DNA from: an uncultured Gemmatimonadales bacterium
GTDB lineage: Bacteria; Gemmatimonadota; Gemmatimonadetes; Longimicrobiales; Gaopeijiaceae
Direction: 5' to 3'
DNA: 64,000 nucleotides
NCBI GenBank assembly: GCA_963823035.1
Contig: CAWGKG010000014.1
Coordinates: 224,001 to 288,000 of the forward strand
The notes beneath the pieces were generated by a model. That model was not told where the DNA came from. It saw nothing but the letters and a program-made list of their open reading frames with translations, and made no database searches. This document shows positions 18,615 to 28,228 of the stretch, piece by piece. A program made the translations under genes and the position numbers. Every line of letters begins with the position of its first letter. Positions within the stretch are counted from its first letter, which is position 1.

Positions 18615-21600
18615 TCAGAAGTACGCCGTCATCCCGAGGCGGACCCTGCGCGGGGACACGCGCGCGAGGGGCGACTGGTACCAGGTTCCTGCCCACGCCC
18701 TGCGGAAGGGCGTATCGATGGCGTCGAAGAAGTAGTAGGAGCGGGTGCCGTGGTTCACCATCGTCTGGACCTCGGTCAGCGCCTTGCTCCCGCCGACGTT
18801 GAAGACGTCCAGCGCCACGCCCAGATCGAACGACGGAAGTTCGAAGACCCGCTCCAGGCGCAGGTCGAGACTACCGCGCCCCGCCATCTGGGGTGCGCCG
18901 CGGGGGCCGATGAAGATGTCGTTGCCCTCGATCGCCTCGAAGAACGAGAGGGGTAGGGGCTGGCCTCCGAAGTCCAGCTTGCACGCCGGATCCGCGGGGC
19001 TGCACGGGTAGAAGGCCTCCACGTTGGCCCGGTACCCGTAGAGGGAGTTCTGCCCGGAGACGCGGAACGTGGGCGCGTAGTGGTCTCCGCTCCGCAAGGT
19101 CCAGAACGCCCCGCCCCGGAGCTTCCACGGGAGCACTCCCCAGGCGGAGACCTTGAGCTCGTTGTCGGAGTAATTGGGGAGCTTGCCGTAGTCGTTGATG
19201 GACTCATTGACGCGCACGTACGGCCCGGGACTGTACTCCGACGGGTCGGCGTAGCTGCTGACGTTGTCGAGGTTGCCCTCCAGGCTCGTGAACACCGCGG
19301 AGATCGACCCGCCCCATCGGGGCCGGGCAAACTTGAACTGGAGCTGGACCTGCCCGAAGGTGCGCTGGGCGTCGGGGGCGTTGGTGAGGACGTAGTCCGG
19401 GTTCCAGGACAGGCCCAGGGTGTCGGCGAACGTCATCCCGGGGGGCGGGCCGCACGCGTCCGGGTGGGCGGCGCAGTAGCGCATCTCCTGGAGCACGACA
19501 TCGTTGGGAATGAACACCTCGGGCATGTAGACCGTGGCGCCGTTGAAGGGCAGCGCCGGCCCGCTCGCCGCCCCCTGGTGCACGCGCACCCGTGAGAACC
19601 GGGTGTAGTTCGTGTCCCGGTTCCGATCCACCAACGCGATCATGTCGTGGTTGGCGCGCCGCGTGTAGAGCGCCTCGAACTGCGCGGACGTACCGAACTG
19701 CTTCTGGATCCCCACGAGCCACTGGTCGACGTAGGGTTGGTGGTAGTCCACCACCGGGCCCGTCGCGTTGAGGCCCACCACGCTCTCGCGGGTGAAGAGA
19801 CCCTGCTCCGCAAGGGCGTCGCGCTCCGCCTCGGTGAACGTCGCAGAGGGGTCCGCCACCGGGGGACCGCGGTAGTACCAGGTCTCCTGGTCGGTGAACA
19901 CGTCCGAGCCGCCGGCGCGGTCGAACATCTGGGCGATCATGTCCTGGTGGTAGCGGCCCCAGTGCCCCTTGAGGATCCACGTCCCGTCGTCGCTGAGCTG
20001 GAACGTCGCTCCCAGGCGCGCGTCCAGCGCCTGGTCCTCGACCGCCCGGAAGCGTGCCCCGCTGCGCGGCGTGAGCCACCCCTCCCACGCGCTCCACCGC
20101 AGGCCGGGCGAAAGCACCAGGCGCCCCAGGGAGAGCGAGAGCTGGGCAAAGGCCGCCGCGTTCCTCACGTCGGCGTCCAGGTTCACCTCGCCGCCCCATT
20201 CGGTGGGCACGTAGCCCCCCTCCGCGACCGGCCAGGTAGCGGGGTCCGTGGGCTCGAAGCCGTCCTGGAGCACGGGCGTCCAGGTCATGCCGCCGTTCCG
20301 CTTCCGCTGATCCAGGAAGCTCCCCCGCGTATACTGCGCCCCGAACTTGAGCAGGTGCTGCTGCTCACCGGTGCGGAAGTGGACCGAGGTCATCACCGTG
20401 GCCGACGTGCTGGACGGAGCGCTCCGGCGCGTGAGGTCGGCGTTGGCGAAGGTCGTGTACGGCGGGATGAGCGAGAAGAGCTGGACGCCCGGCACATCCG
20501 CGCCTCCGTAGGGGTCCGTTCGCTCGTCGCGCCCGAAGTGGTTCACCCGGGCCTCCAGCACCGCGCGGCTGCCCAGGGAGCGCCGCCAGGAGACGTTTGC
20601 GAACCAGGTCGGAGCACGGTACCGGGCCGCGGCACCGGGGGCCTCGTAGCCGGTCATGCCGTAGTTGTCCGCCCGCGTGCCCAGGAAGGCGGCCGACACA
20701 TCGAGCTCGTCGGCCGGGCTCGGCGTCCAGGTGAGCTTGCCCAGCACCTTCTCGTCGGTGCGCTGCTCCAGGACCGGCGAGTAGCGGCCGTCGAAGTCCA
20801 CGTGGTTCAGGAAGCGCGCGCTCCGGTCCACGTACGAGCCCCCCAGGTAGTAGAAGAGGCGGTCCGGGACGAAGGCGCCGCGCACCTCGCCCTCCAGGTC
20901 GTAGCGGTCCTTGACCTCCGAGCCGATCTCCGACGACACGAGGTTCGAGGCGGTGAGGGCGTCGTTGGACAGCGTGCTGCGGAGCATGGCGGAGAACTCG
21001 TTGCTCCCGCTCTTCGTGACCATGTCGACCTGGCCGCCCTGGAAGCCGCCGTACTCGGCGTCGGCGCCCAGGCCGCGCACCTCGACCCGCTCCACCCACA
21101 GGGGGCTGGGCTCGATCATGGCGCCGCCGAGACCCGGGTGGTTCGCCGCCAGCCCGTCGATCTGGTAGCTGTTGGCCTGGAAGTTGGCGCCGCCCCATAC
21201 GTGCTCGGCCCGGGCGCCGGGCGTCAGGGCTACGAGCTCGGCGGGGTCGTAGGGCACCGGGAGCAGCTCCATCGCCGTCGCGCCCACCGTCGTACCGAAG
21301 TCGGTGTTCTCCCGCTGGATCTGGATGCGGTCGGTGCGCACGGAGAGGCCCTCGATCTCCACCGCCACCTCCTCCAGCTCGACCGTCACGGCCTGCGCCC
21401 CGCCCTCCGCGACCACGACGGTCGCGTCCGGGGGCGCTCGGTAGCCGATGATCTCGACGTGCACGCCGTACGTGCCCGCCGCCATGCCGACGAAGCGGGC
21501 CGCGCCGGAGACGTCCGTCGCGGCACCGCGCGCGGCCCGCGCACCCGACAGGAGCTGGACGGACGCGTTGACCACCGGGCGACCCTTGGCCGTGACGCGC

Positions 21601-21704
21601 ACCAGGATCGAGGCGCTCTGGGCGCTCAGCGGCGACGGCCGGGGCAGGAGGAGCAGGAGGAGAAGGAGAACCGGAGCGAAGCGCATTCGGCGGGATGGCG
21701 GCAT
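18615..21704 (-). CDS. TonB-dependent receptor (Oar-like, carboxypeptidase-regulatory N-terminal domain)
   Basis: Signal peptide, plug motif AEYGGFQGG..DMVTKSGSNEF, beta-barrel, ends PRRVRLGMTAYF. Confidence 0.9.
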   Translation of the reverse strand: MPPSRRMRFAPVLLLLLLLLPRPSPLSAQSASILVRVTAKGRPVVNASVQLLSGARAARGAATDVSGAARFVGMAAGTYGVHVEIIGYRAPPDATVVVAEGGAQAVTVELEEVAVEIEGLSVRTDRIQIQRENTDFGTTVGATAMELLPVPYDPAELVALTPGARAEHVWGGANFQANSYQIDGLAANHPGLGGAMIEPSPLWVERVEVRGLGADAEYGGFQGGQVDMVTKSGSNEFSAMLRSTLSNDALTASNLVSSEIGSEVKDRYDLEGEVRGAFVPDRLFYYLGGSYVDRSARFLNHVDFDGRYSPVLEQRTDEKVLGKLTWTPSPADELDVSAAFLGTRADNYGMTGYEAPGAAARYRAPTWFANVSWRRSLGSRAVLEARVNHFGRDERTDPYGGADVPGVQLFSLIPPYTTFANADLTRRSAPSSTSATVMTSVHFRTGEQQHLLKFGAQYTRGSFLDQRKRNGGMTWTPVLQDGFEPTDPATWPVAEGGYVPTEWGGEVNLDADVRNAAAFAQLSLSLGRLVLSPGLRWSAWEGWLTPRSGARFRAVEDQALDARLGATFQLSDDGTWILKGHWGRYHQDMIAQMFDRAGGSDVFTDQETWYYRGPPVADPSATFTEAERDALAEQGLFTRESVVGLNATGPVVDYHQPYVDQWLVGIQKQFGTSAQFEALYTRRANHDMIALVDRNRDTNYTRFSRVRVHQGAASGPALPFNGATVYMPEVFIPNDVVLQEMRYCAAHPDACGPPPGMTFADTLGLSWNPDYVLTNAPDAQRTFGQVQLQFKFARPRWGGSISAVFTSLEGNLDNVSSYADPSEYSPGPYVRVNESINDYGKLPNYSDNELKVSAWGVLPWKLRGGAFWTLRSGDHYAPTFRVSGQNSLYGYRANVEAFYPCSPADPACKLDFGGQPLPLSFFEAIEGNDIFIGPRGAPQMAGRGSLDLRLERVFELPSFDLGVALDVFNVGGSKALTEVQTMVNHGTRSYYFFDAIDTPFRRAWAGTWYQSPLARVSPRRVRLGMTAYF

Positions 21705-21991
21705 CGATCGATGGCATCCTGGAAGAGACAGGAGGACCGGGCCTTGCTCCGGCGTTCAGGAGCGGGCAGTGCAGGATGCATGCCCCGCCGGACACCGCGT
21801 CATCGCGTCCTCCGAGGCTCCCGCCGTCCGCCTCGTGGGACGCCGGATTGTACCGCCTGAGGGACAGTCGGGCCCGTCCCGGATCCCCTTCCCCACCTAT
21901 CCTTCCCCGAGTATGACCGCATACTCCACCATGATCATCCCCTGAAGCTCTCTTTCATGCTCCGGCCGACCTCGTACGTACGTCGCCCCAT

Positions 21992-22040
21992 CAGGAACGT
22001 ATCGAACTGGGCATGCAGGCCGGCCACGCTTGTCATATGC
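21992..22040 (-). repeat. Degenerate attC-like site (distal end of array)
   Basis: Minus strand GCATATGAC-AAGC...TTCGATAC-GTTCCTG. GTCATATGC (+22032) matches the VOC cassette start GTTATCTGC at 7/9; the stem is poorly preserved. Confidence 0.35.
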
Positions 22041-22103
22041 TGCCGCGGCTGTCCTCCGCCTCACCCATTCGTACCGCAACCACGGACTTTGGGGGCTCTC
22101 CCG

Positions 22104-22520
22104 TCAACGCGGTCCTTGCCATGGATCGTAGGTTCCCACGCTCCACAACCGGGCCTCCGGGTCCCGGCACGTGAAGCCTCTTCCGCCATAGCTCGCATCG
22201 TCGAGCTCAATCACAATCTCTGCACCGAGCTTCTTGGCTCGTGCGTACACCTCGTCTGCGTCGTCCACCCTCAGATACACGTTGCGCGTCTCCGCGCCAC
22301 CAATCTCAGCGGGCTGCTTGATCAATGGAGCAAATGGAGTGTCGTTCAGTGACGCCACGAAGATCATGCCCCCGCCGAGTTTGAGCTCCGCATGCGCCAC
22401 CGTGCCATTCGGCCCTTCGTACACGGCATGTCGCTCGAAACCAAACGACGAGCAAAGCCATTCAATCGCCGCATGCGCGTCACGATACCGATGTCCACAC
22501 ATCACCGAACTGTGGCTCAT
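22104..22520 (-). CDS. VOC/glyoxalase family protein (cassette gene)
   Basis: YRDAHAAIEWL..FGF, HAELKLGGG, YGGRGFTCRDPE..LWSVGTYDP. Confidence 0.9.
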   Translation of the reverse strand: MSHSSVMCGHRYRDAHAAIEWLCSSFGFERHAVYEGPNGTVAHAELKLGGGMIFVASLNDTPFAPLIKQPAEIGGAETRNVYLRVDDADEVYARAKKLGAEIVIELDDASYGGRGFTCRDPEARLWSVGTYDPWQGPR

Positions 22521-22748
22521 CCTTTCCCCCACGGCTTGAGTTCTCCCGACAAGCCTCCGAGGCACAGGTCTCTTGTCTTCCGGCCGAGCTCTGTCGCGAT
22601 CGGCCCCTCGGTTCTCCTGGCTACCTGTTGAAGCGCTTGCACACAACGTTCCACGTTCACTCGACGCATCGAAAGCCGTCTGTACCGCGACGAGCGAAGA
22701 GCAGCCGATCGATCCTTGCACGATGTTCGTGTGGTGGGGTTCAATTGC

Positions 22749-22847
22749 AGATAACGTTCAAAGTTGCCGACGTGCCGAAGGCATGTCCCGGAGCGAAGCG
22801 GAGGGCAAGGGCGCGCCAGCGCCCGCCGCGGCAACTGTTTGTTGGAC
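22749..22847 (-). repeat. attC-like site A (99 bp)
   Basis: Minus strand GTCCAAC-AAAC-AGTTGCCG...CGGCAACT-TTGAAC-GTTATCT; GCGAAGC mini-hairpin on the + (bottom) strand. Confidence 0.85.
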
Positions 22848-22957
22848 TCAATCCGCCTGACGGCGGATAGGCCGCCCATTTTGACGCGCAGTTGAGCGGC
22901 GTAACGGGACGGAGGAACCTCTCTCCTCGTGGGACTCACCCTGTCGAGGAGGGAGCC

Positions 22958-23716
22958 ATGACTCCGTTGCGCCGTCGCATGATCCAGGATCTCACGCTTG
23001 CCGGCTACGCCGACAACACCGTCCGAGCCTACGTCCGGGCCGTCGCCCAGCTCGCGGCCTTCTACGGCCGCTCGCCCGCCGAGCTCTCCGAGGAGGACAT
23101 CCGCCGCTACTTCCTCGACCTGGCGACGGTCAGGAAGGTCGCCCGTAGCACCCACACCATCGCGTTGTGTGGCATCAAGTTCTTCTACGAGCAGACGCTC
23201 GGGCGCACGTGGAGGGTCTTCGACGTCGCCCGGCCCAAGAAGTCCAAGAAGCTCCCCGTCGTTCTCAGCCGCGACGAGGTCTGGAAGATCTTCGCCCAGG
23301 TCCGCAATCCCAACTTCCGCGTCTGCCTCCTCACCATCTACTCCTGCGGGCTCCGCTGTCTCGAGGGCGCCCACCTCCGGGTCGAGCACATCGACGGCGG
23401 GCGCGCCATGCTCCGTGTCACGGGCAAGGGCGGCAGGGACCGCTGCGTGCCCCTGCCCGACGCCTCCCTCGAGATCCTGCGCCAGCACTGGCGCACCCAC
23501 AAGGATCCGGCCTGGCTCTTCCCGACCACCCACCGCCACAGCTCCCCTTCGGCCTCCATCAACGGCTCCGTCCCGATCACACCGGACATCCCAACTGCCA
23601 GCTCGGATTCAGTCCAACGACAGATTCTCGCCGCGGCTTCGCGCGGCAAGAATCTCTACTTCGTTATGAGATGCGCCCCTCCCGACGCGTTCACTGACCT
23701 CGGAAGCGAAGCCTGA
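22958..23716 (+). pseudogene. C-terminally truncated tyrosine recombinase (Phage_int_SAM_4 plus partial catalytic domain; IntI-related, IS91-associated type)
   Basis: MTPLRRRMIQDL..GYADNTVRAY, KKLPVVLS, YSCGLR (catalytic R), GKGGRDR (K), WLFP. Homology is lost at about 23587; no HxxR, H/W or Tyr nucleophile; the ORF runs on through site B. Confidence 0.9.
23612..23669 (+). repeat. attC-like site B (58 bp), orientation opposite to the other sites
   Basis: + strand GTCCAAC-GAC-AGATTCTCGCCGCG-GCTTCG-CGCGGCAAGAATCT-CTACTTC-GTTATGA; short-left/long-right spacers and GCTTCGC read on +. Confidence 0.8.
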
Positions 23717-24812
23717 CAACTCTCTGCACGCCCAAAGAGTCCGTCGAGATCCCGAGTGCCGAGTTCTCGCCAACCCAAGCGGGGTAGTTCAGCCGTACGG
23801 AAGCTGGCCAGACTCGTCTCTCAACAAGCGATCCGTCACCCCCGTAGACATCAGCGCGCCGGTCGGAACCCTCCGGCACATTCAGCTCTACCCACAGCCG
23901 ACCCAGGTCGTCAAAGAACAAGGCTCCTAACGGTGTCTTGTTCTCAGGCACCTCAGGATAGTCGGAAGGTCTTCCACCCCCTCGCGCCACATACTCTTCT
24001 AGTCGCTCCTCTGCCCTCTCGCGCTCTGCTGCCGAAAGCGGCGGACCGTCGTGTGACGGGCCGAGGATCTGCACGGACTCCATGCCGCGCCGCAGAGTGA
24101 CGGCGTACTGCCCGCTAACTGCTGTAGCCCACCTCCCGCCAGGTCCGTGAGCCACTAGTGACAGGGGCCCGTTCGGCTGAGGGAAGTAGTACCGAGACAT
24201 GCCTCCAGGGACGGCTTGCTCCTTCACCGTCGTCCCCAACTGTTCTGGCGAGGGCTCCTCAACCAACACCTGGTCCTGGACGGTTCCATCCTGCGTTACG
24301 GTGAATCTCCAAAGGCCGAGCGTGCCGTCAGAACCTGTGTGGTGTCCAACGTCGATCAGCAATCCGTCGATTCCGAAGGTGATCGGGGCGTATAGCCCGC
24401 CGTCAAAGTGGTTCATGCGCACCGTTACCGGATCGGCCTCGGGCCCTCCGTCTACGTCGACACCTTGGTACCGACGATTCTGGCTGTCGCGGATCCACAG
24501 ACGACCGCCGGGACCGAACGCGATGCAACACGGCCACACGAACTCCCCTGGCCCCTCACCCTCTCGGCCGATGGACTTCTGGAAGGTCCCGTCCTGGTCG
24601 AACACACGAATGACGTGTTGCTGGGCATCACTCACGAAGATCCGACCGTCCGGTCCTTCTGCAAGCCCCGAGACTCTCCCAAACGCGTACTCGCTTGGGC
24701 CATCAAGGACACCAATCTCCAGGTCCGGGAATCCTATTCGCTCCGGTACGTCGGACACAGCAACGCGCTCACCCCCGGCACAAGCCGCAAAGGTGACAGC
24801 AACCCCCATCAC
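23691..24812 (-). CDS. 6-bladed beta-propeller (NHL-like) putative lipoprotein (cassette gene)
   Basis: FAAC lipobox-like; IG..DG..EY.FG, DGRIFVSD, IGREGEGPGEF..P, DDLGRLWV; start uncertain. Confidence 0.8.
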   Translation of the reverse strand: MMGVAVTFAACAGGERVAVSDVPERIGFPDLEIGVLDGPSEYAFGRVSGLAEGPDGRIFVSDAQQHVIRVFDQDGTFQKSIGREGEGPGEFVWPCCIAFGPGGRLWIRDSQNRRYQGVDVDGGPEADPVTVRMNHFDGGLYAPITFGIDGLLIDVGHHTGSDGTLGLWRFTVTQDGTVQDQVLVEEPSPEQLGTTVKEQAVPGGMSRYYFPQPNGPLSLVAHGPGGRWATAVSGQYAVTLRRGMESVQILGPSHDGPPLSAAERERAEERLEEYVARGGGRPSDYPEVPENKTPLGALFFDDLGRLWVELNVPEGSDRRADVYGGDGSLVERRVWPASVRLNYPAWVGENSALGISTDSLGVQRVVRLRFRGQ

Positions 24813-24852
24813 GAACCTTCGAATGACTCCACCCTCCCCTCTGAGGCGTTTC

Positions 24853-24984
24853 TCATAACGTTCTAAGTCTCTGACGCCCGCCGGAGGGCGCGCCGCTTGC
24901 GCATGCAAGCGGCGTGACCGCAGAGCGGGTGTCCCGAAGGGCCGCGACCGCGTAGCGGGCGCGAGCAGAGACTGGTTGTTAGCA
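24853..24984 (-). repeat. attC-like site C (132 bp)
   Basis: Minus strand TGCTAAC-AACC-AGTCTCTG-CTC-GCGCCCG...CGGGCGT-CAGAGACT-TAGAAC-GTTATGA; GCGTAGC on +. Confidence 0.85.
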
Positions 24985-25074
24985 GAAGTCGGTGCCCACA
25001 TGTCCACACTACACGCAGTTGCCTACGCCCACAGCTCCCGGCGCTCTCCCTCGACTCCCCAACAGCCGTGGCAC

Positions 25075-25980
25075 CTAGGACCCCATCCCGGACGACTCAC
25101 TTCGCCCTGCCGGGCCTTGCCCTGGACTCAGGACGCCGGTGGCAAAATCACGAATGAGGTCCGCAACGGCTTCGGGATTCTCGGCGTTCATGTTGTGGCC
25201 GGTCCGATCGAGGCGGACAAAGCCACCGCGAGAGGATCTAGCAGCGAGCGACTCGCTCTCTCCTATCCAGAACGCCTGATACACAGACGCTGAGTCACCG
25301 AACGCAGGGTTGGCGCGACCGGCCGCGATGACGAGGACGGGAAGGTCGCCGAACGACGCAATGGCACTCACCGCCGCGCCCTCCTGGAGCATGCCCATGT
25401 GCTCCGAGGCCATCGCGGCGATCAAGCGCCCCTGAGGCGAGAGGGGATCTGCCGCCGCTGATTGCGCTTGGAGTTCCGCACCCGCCGCCTCGGCCATATC
25501 CCAGAGCCCATGAAAACGCTCACCCGCCAGCCACGCCCGAGGCGGAGGATCCAGCAAGATCATCCCTGCGACAAGCTCCGGGAACGCCCGCCAAAAGGCG
25601 AGCGCGTTGAGGCCACCGATGGAATGGCCAACGAGGATGATCGGCCCCTCTAGGTCTAGGTGAGCAGCGCCAATCAAGCGCGCTAGATCCTCGGCATTTC
25701 GCTGGGGGGTCCGCGGTTCCGGTCCAGCGCTGCTATCTCCATAGCCGGCCCGGTCGAACGTACATACCGAGAGGCCATTGAGGCGGCGAGTGACCTCCTG
25801 CCATGACGCTGAAGACTCACCAAGCCCGGCGTCAATGACTATTCGGGGAGGCGTACCGCCGGAACAGGAGAGTGCAAGTGTGTGATCGCCCACCGAGAAT
25901 ATCCCGCTGCGCGGGGGCAGCTCTGGGGTCGTTTGGCACCCCAGTGCGCCGACCAAGACCAACACTGACAGTCGGTACAT
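25075..25980 (-). CDS. Alpha/beta hydrolase lipoprotein (cassette gene)
   Basis: AGGAG RBS, LGC lipobox, DRAGYGDS, GHSIG nucleophile elbow, C-terminal GH. Confidence 0.9.
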   Translation of the reverse strand: MYRLSVLVLVGALGCQTTPELPPRSGIFSVGDHTLALSCSGGTPPRIVIDAGLGESSASWQEVTRRLNGLSVCTFDRAGYGDSSAGPEPRTPQRNAEDLARLIGAAHLDLEGPIILVGHSIGGLNALAFWRAFPELVAGMILLDPPPRAWLAGERFHGLWDMAEAAGAELQAQSAAADPLSPQGRLIAAMASEHMGMLQEGAAVSAIASFGDLPVLVIAAGRANPAFGDSASVYQAFWIGESESLAARSSRGGFVRLDRTGHNMNAENPEAVADLIRDFATGVLSPGQGPAGRSESSGMGS

Positions 25981-26185
25981 CAGCACTCCTGAAATGAGCC
26001 GCCCAACCCAAGAGTCAGTCCTCTCCAACAGCCGTTCCGATTTCCGATAACGTTCTAAAGTTGCGACGCCGGCGCTTCCTCACGCCCCGACGAGGCTACA
26101 CTCTTCGATACTCACACGCACGCCTCCAGACTCCGCCATGTGTGCGCCGGTGTTCCCCGGAGCCGCGCGTAGCGCGGCGTAGGCG

Positions 26186-28228
26186 GTCGAGTAGCCCGGG
26201 TGGTTGCCCACCCGGGCCCTCCCGGAACCGAGCAAGGAGATTTCCACCACTCGGCTCTTCCGTTGTGCAGTCTCACGGAGCCCGGGCCCAGATTTGTACG
26301 GTGATTCTGGGTGGCGGGAGCGGATGCGCCTTTAGATAGGCATCGAACCGCTCCCAGGTCAGGCGCCGTCCGCGTTGACTTCGGCGCCGAAGCCACGTCA
26401 TCCACAAGCGCCGGGTCCGATACTGCACCCGTGCCAGGCTTCGGAAGTTGCCGTTCACACCAAAGTACTGAAAATGTCCACGCAGCCGCCTGCTGAGCGC
26501 GGCGTGCTGTTCCTTGAGCGGCAGGTGCCGGTGGCGCCGACACCAGTCGCCGAGGGCCAGGAGGGCCCTCTGGATGCGCGCCTTGCGTGTCTTCATGCCC
26601 GGTCGCCACCCTCCTCGGCGGTCCTTGCACCAATACATCGTGAAGCCAAGAAAGTCGAACGTGCCGGGTCCGGTCCCGCGGCTCTGCCCTACCTGCGGCC
26701 TCGCGAACGGGATCAGACGGGTCTTGTCGGGGTGCAGCGTGAGACCGTACTTCGCCATGCGCTTGTGCAGAACCTTCAACACTCGCTCGGCGTCATCTTG
26801 CCTCTCGAAGCCAATCACAAAATCATCGGCGTACCGAATCAGTCGTGCGTGCCCCTTGAGGCGTGGCTTGATGTCGCGCTCGAACCAGACGTCGAGCGCG
26901 TAGTGCAGGCACACGTTTCCGAACATCGGCGAGATGATCGACCCCTGTGCGGTACCCTCGTCCGGCGCGCTGAACTCCTCGCCGTCGAGGACCCCCACGT
27001 GAAGACATTTGCCGAGCAGCCGCATGAGCGGCCCATCGGCCACCCGGATCTGGAGTAGCTCCAACAGCCTCTTACGGTCGATGCTGTCGAAGAACGCCTG
27101 GATATCGGCCTCCAGTACCACCGCGATTCCTTCTCGGGACACCATCCGGTTCACAGCTCGAAGCGCGTCGTGGGCACTGCGTCCTGGCCGGAACCCGTAC
27201 GAGCATTCCAGGAAGTCTTGTTCGTAGACCGCCTCCAGAGCCTCCCGCAGCGCGCCCTGCACGATCTTGTCCTCCACCCTGGAGATACCGATCGGCCGCG
27301 TCTTGCCGTTCGCCTTCGGGATGTGCACCCGTCGGATCGGCTGATGCCGGTACCGCATCGTCCTCAGCCGCTCGTGCAGGTCCTTCAGATTCTCCTCAAG
27401 GTCCTGCCCGTACTGCTCCTTCGTGGTACCATCGACCCCCACGGCCGCGTCCTTACGGATGCGCCGGAAGGCCCGTCCCAGCGCCTCCTCGTCCAGCAGG
27501 TGCGCCAACGAGTTGAACCGTGCGTCCGGGTCTCGCTTTGCTCTCTCCGCTACCTTCAGAAGTCCCGGTGACATGAGGGGTCCTCAGTCTGTGCATAAGG
27601 TCATGTTTCCCTCCTGAAGCCCTGCCCAACACTGGCCGCCTTTGCTCCGCTGGGTCCCGGTGCCTCGCCGGTTCCCCACCTTCATCGCTCGTACGCGGCC
27701 ATCCGACTCCCCTGTCGCTTCGGCACGCCTCCGGTCTTCCCTCGGCCGTGCCTTACCATTTGCTCAAGCGTGGGTTCTGTGCCTTCCGGCATCGCTGCCT
27801 CGCAGGCCGGCCGCCGGACCGCTTGATGCCGACGGCGCGTCGGAGGGGGTCTCCGGTCCTCCGTTGCCCGGACTCCCGAATGGACTTCAGGGGTCTCCCA
27901 GGTTACCGGGCCATCCTCTTCGGCCGCGCCACGGTCGTCCACCCCGCCGGTCCCCTTCGGCTCGCCTTTGCGCCTCCGGAGTGCTGCTTTCAGGGAAGTT
28001 GAACCCTTGAGCATCCTGGGAGTCTACAAATTTCGGGGCTGCATTCCCGCGGCTCACCCGCTCGCCTGACTACGCATCAACCGCCGCCTCACGGCGTCGG
28101 CTGCAAGCCTGGCTACCAGCCTGCCGGCTACGCTTTGGCTGGGTGGGTTTCGCACCCACCGGATGGCTCTTCAGAGTTTCGGCGCTCTATCCTCACCTCC
28201 CCCCTGACCGGCATTGCCTGGTCGCTTC
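26186..28228 (-). mobile_element. Group II intron (2043 nt)
   Basis: Domain V 26257-26225 (GAGCCGAGTGGTGGAAATCTCCTTGCTCGGTTC, AGC triad); domain VI with bulged A ending ...CTACTCGAC; EBS1 loop GGG-TTCAACTT-CCC complementary to exon AAGTTG. Confidence 0.92.
26273..27574 (-). CDS. ltrA: Group II intron reverse transcriptase/maturase, no endonuclease domain
   Basis: AAVGVDG, IPKANGKTRPIGI, SYGFRPGRSAHDAL, EADI..FFD, GTAQGSIISP, RYADDF, FDFLGF and domain X; 433 aa, intact. Confidence 0.97.
   Translation of the reverse strand: MSPGLLKVAERAKRDPDARFNSLAHLLDEEALGRAFRRIRKDAAVGVDGTTKEQYGQDLEENLKDLHERLRTMRYRHQPIRRVHIPKANGKTRPIGISRVEDKIVQGALREALEAVYEQDFLECSYGFRPGRSAHDALRAVNRMVSREGIAVVLEADIQAFFDSIDRKRLLELLQIRVADGPLMRLLGKCLHVGVLDGEEFSAPDEGTAQGSIISPMFGNVCLHYALDVWFERDIKPRLKGHARLIRYADDFVIGFERQDDAERVLKVLHKRMAKYGLTLHPDKTRLIPFARPQVGQSRGTGPGTFDFLGFTMYWCKDRRGGWRPGMKTRKARIQRALLALGDWCRRHRHLPLKEQHAALSRRLRGHFQYFGVNGNFRSLARVQYRTRRLWMTWLRRRSQRGRRLTWERFDAYLKAHPLPPPRITVQIWARAP

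Noticed and set aside
21897..21935. MVEYAVILGEG* resembling a HicB N-terminus remnant
   Set aside because: Only 11 codons; too short to support.
22958..23716. Calling the recombinase a functional IntI (complete integron)
   Set aside because: Catalytic HxxR/Tyr and the IntI-specific insertion are absent, and the N-terminus fits the IS91-associated type.
26273..27574. RT as retron, DGR or CRISPR-associated RT
   Set aside because: Domain X, downstream domains V/VI and EBS-IBS pairing identify a group II intron; no TR/VR pair or cas genes were seen.
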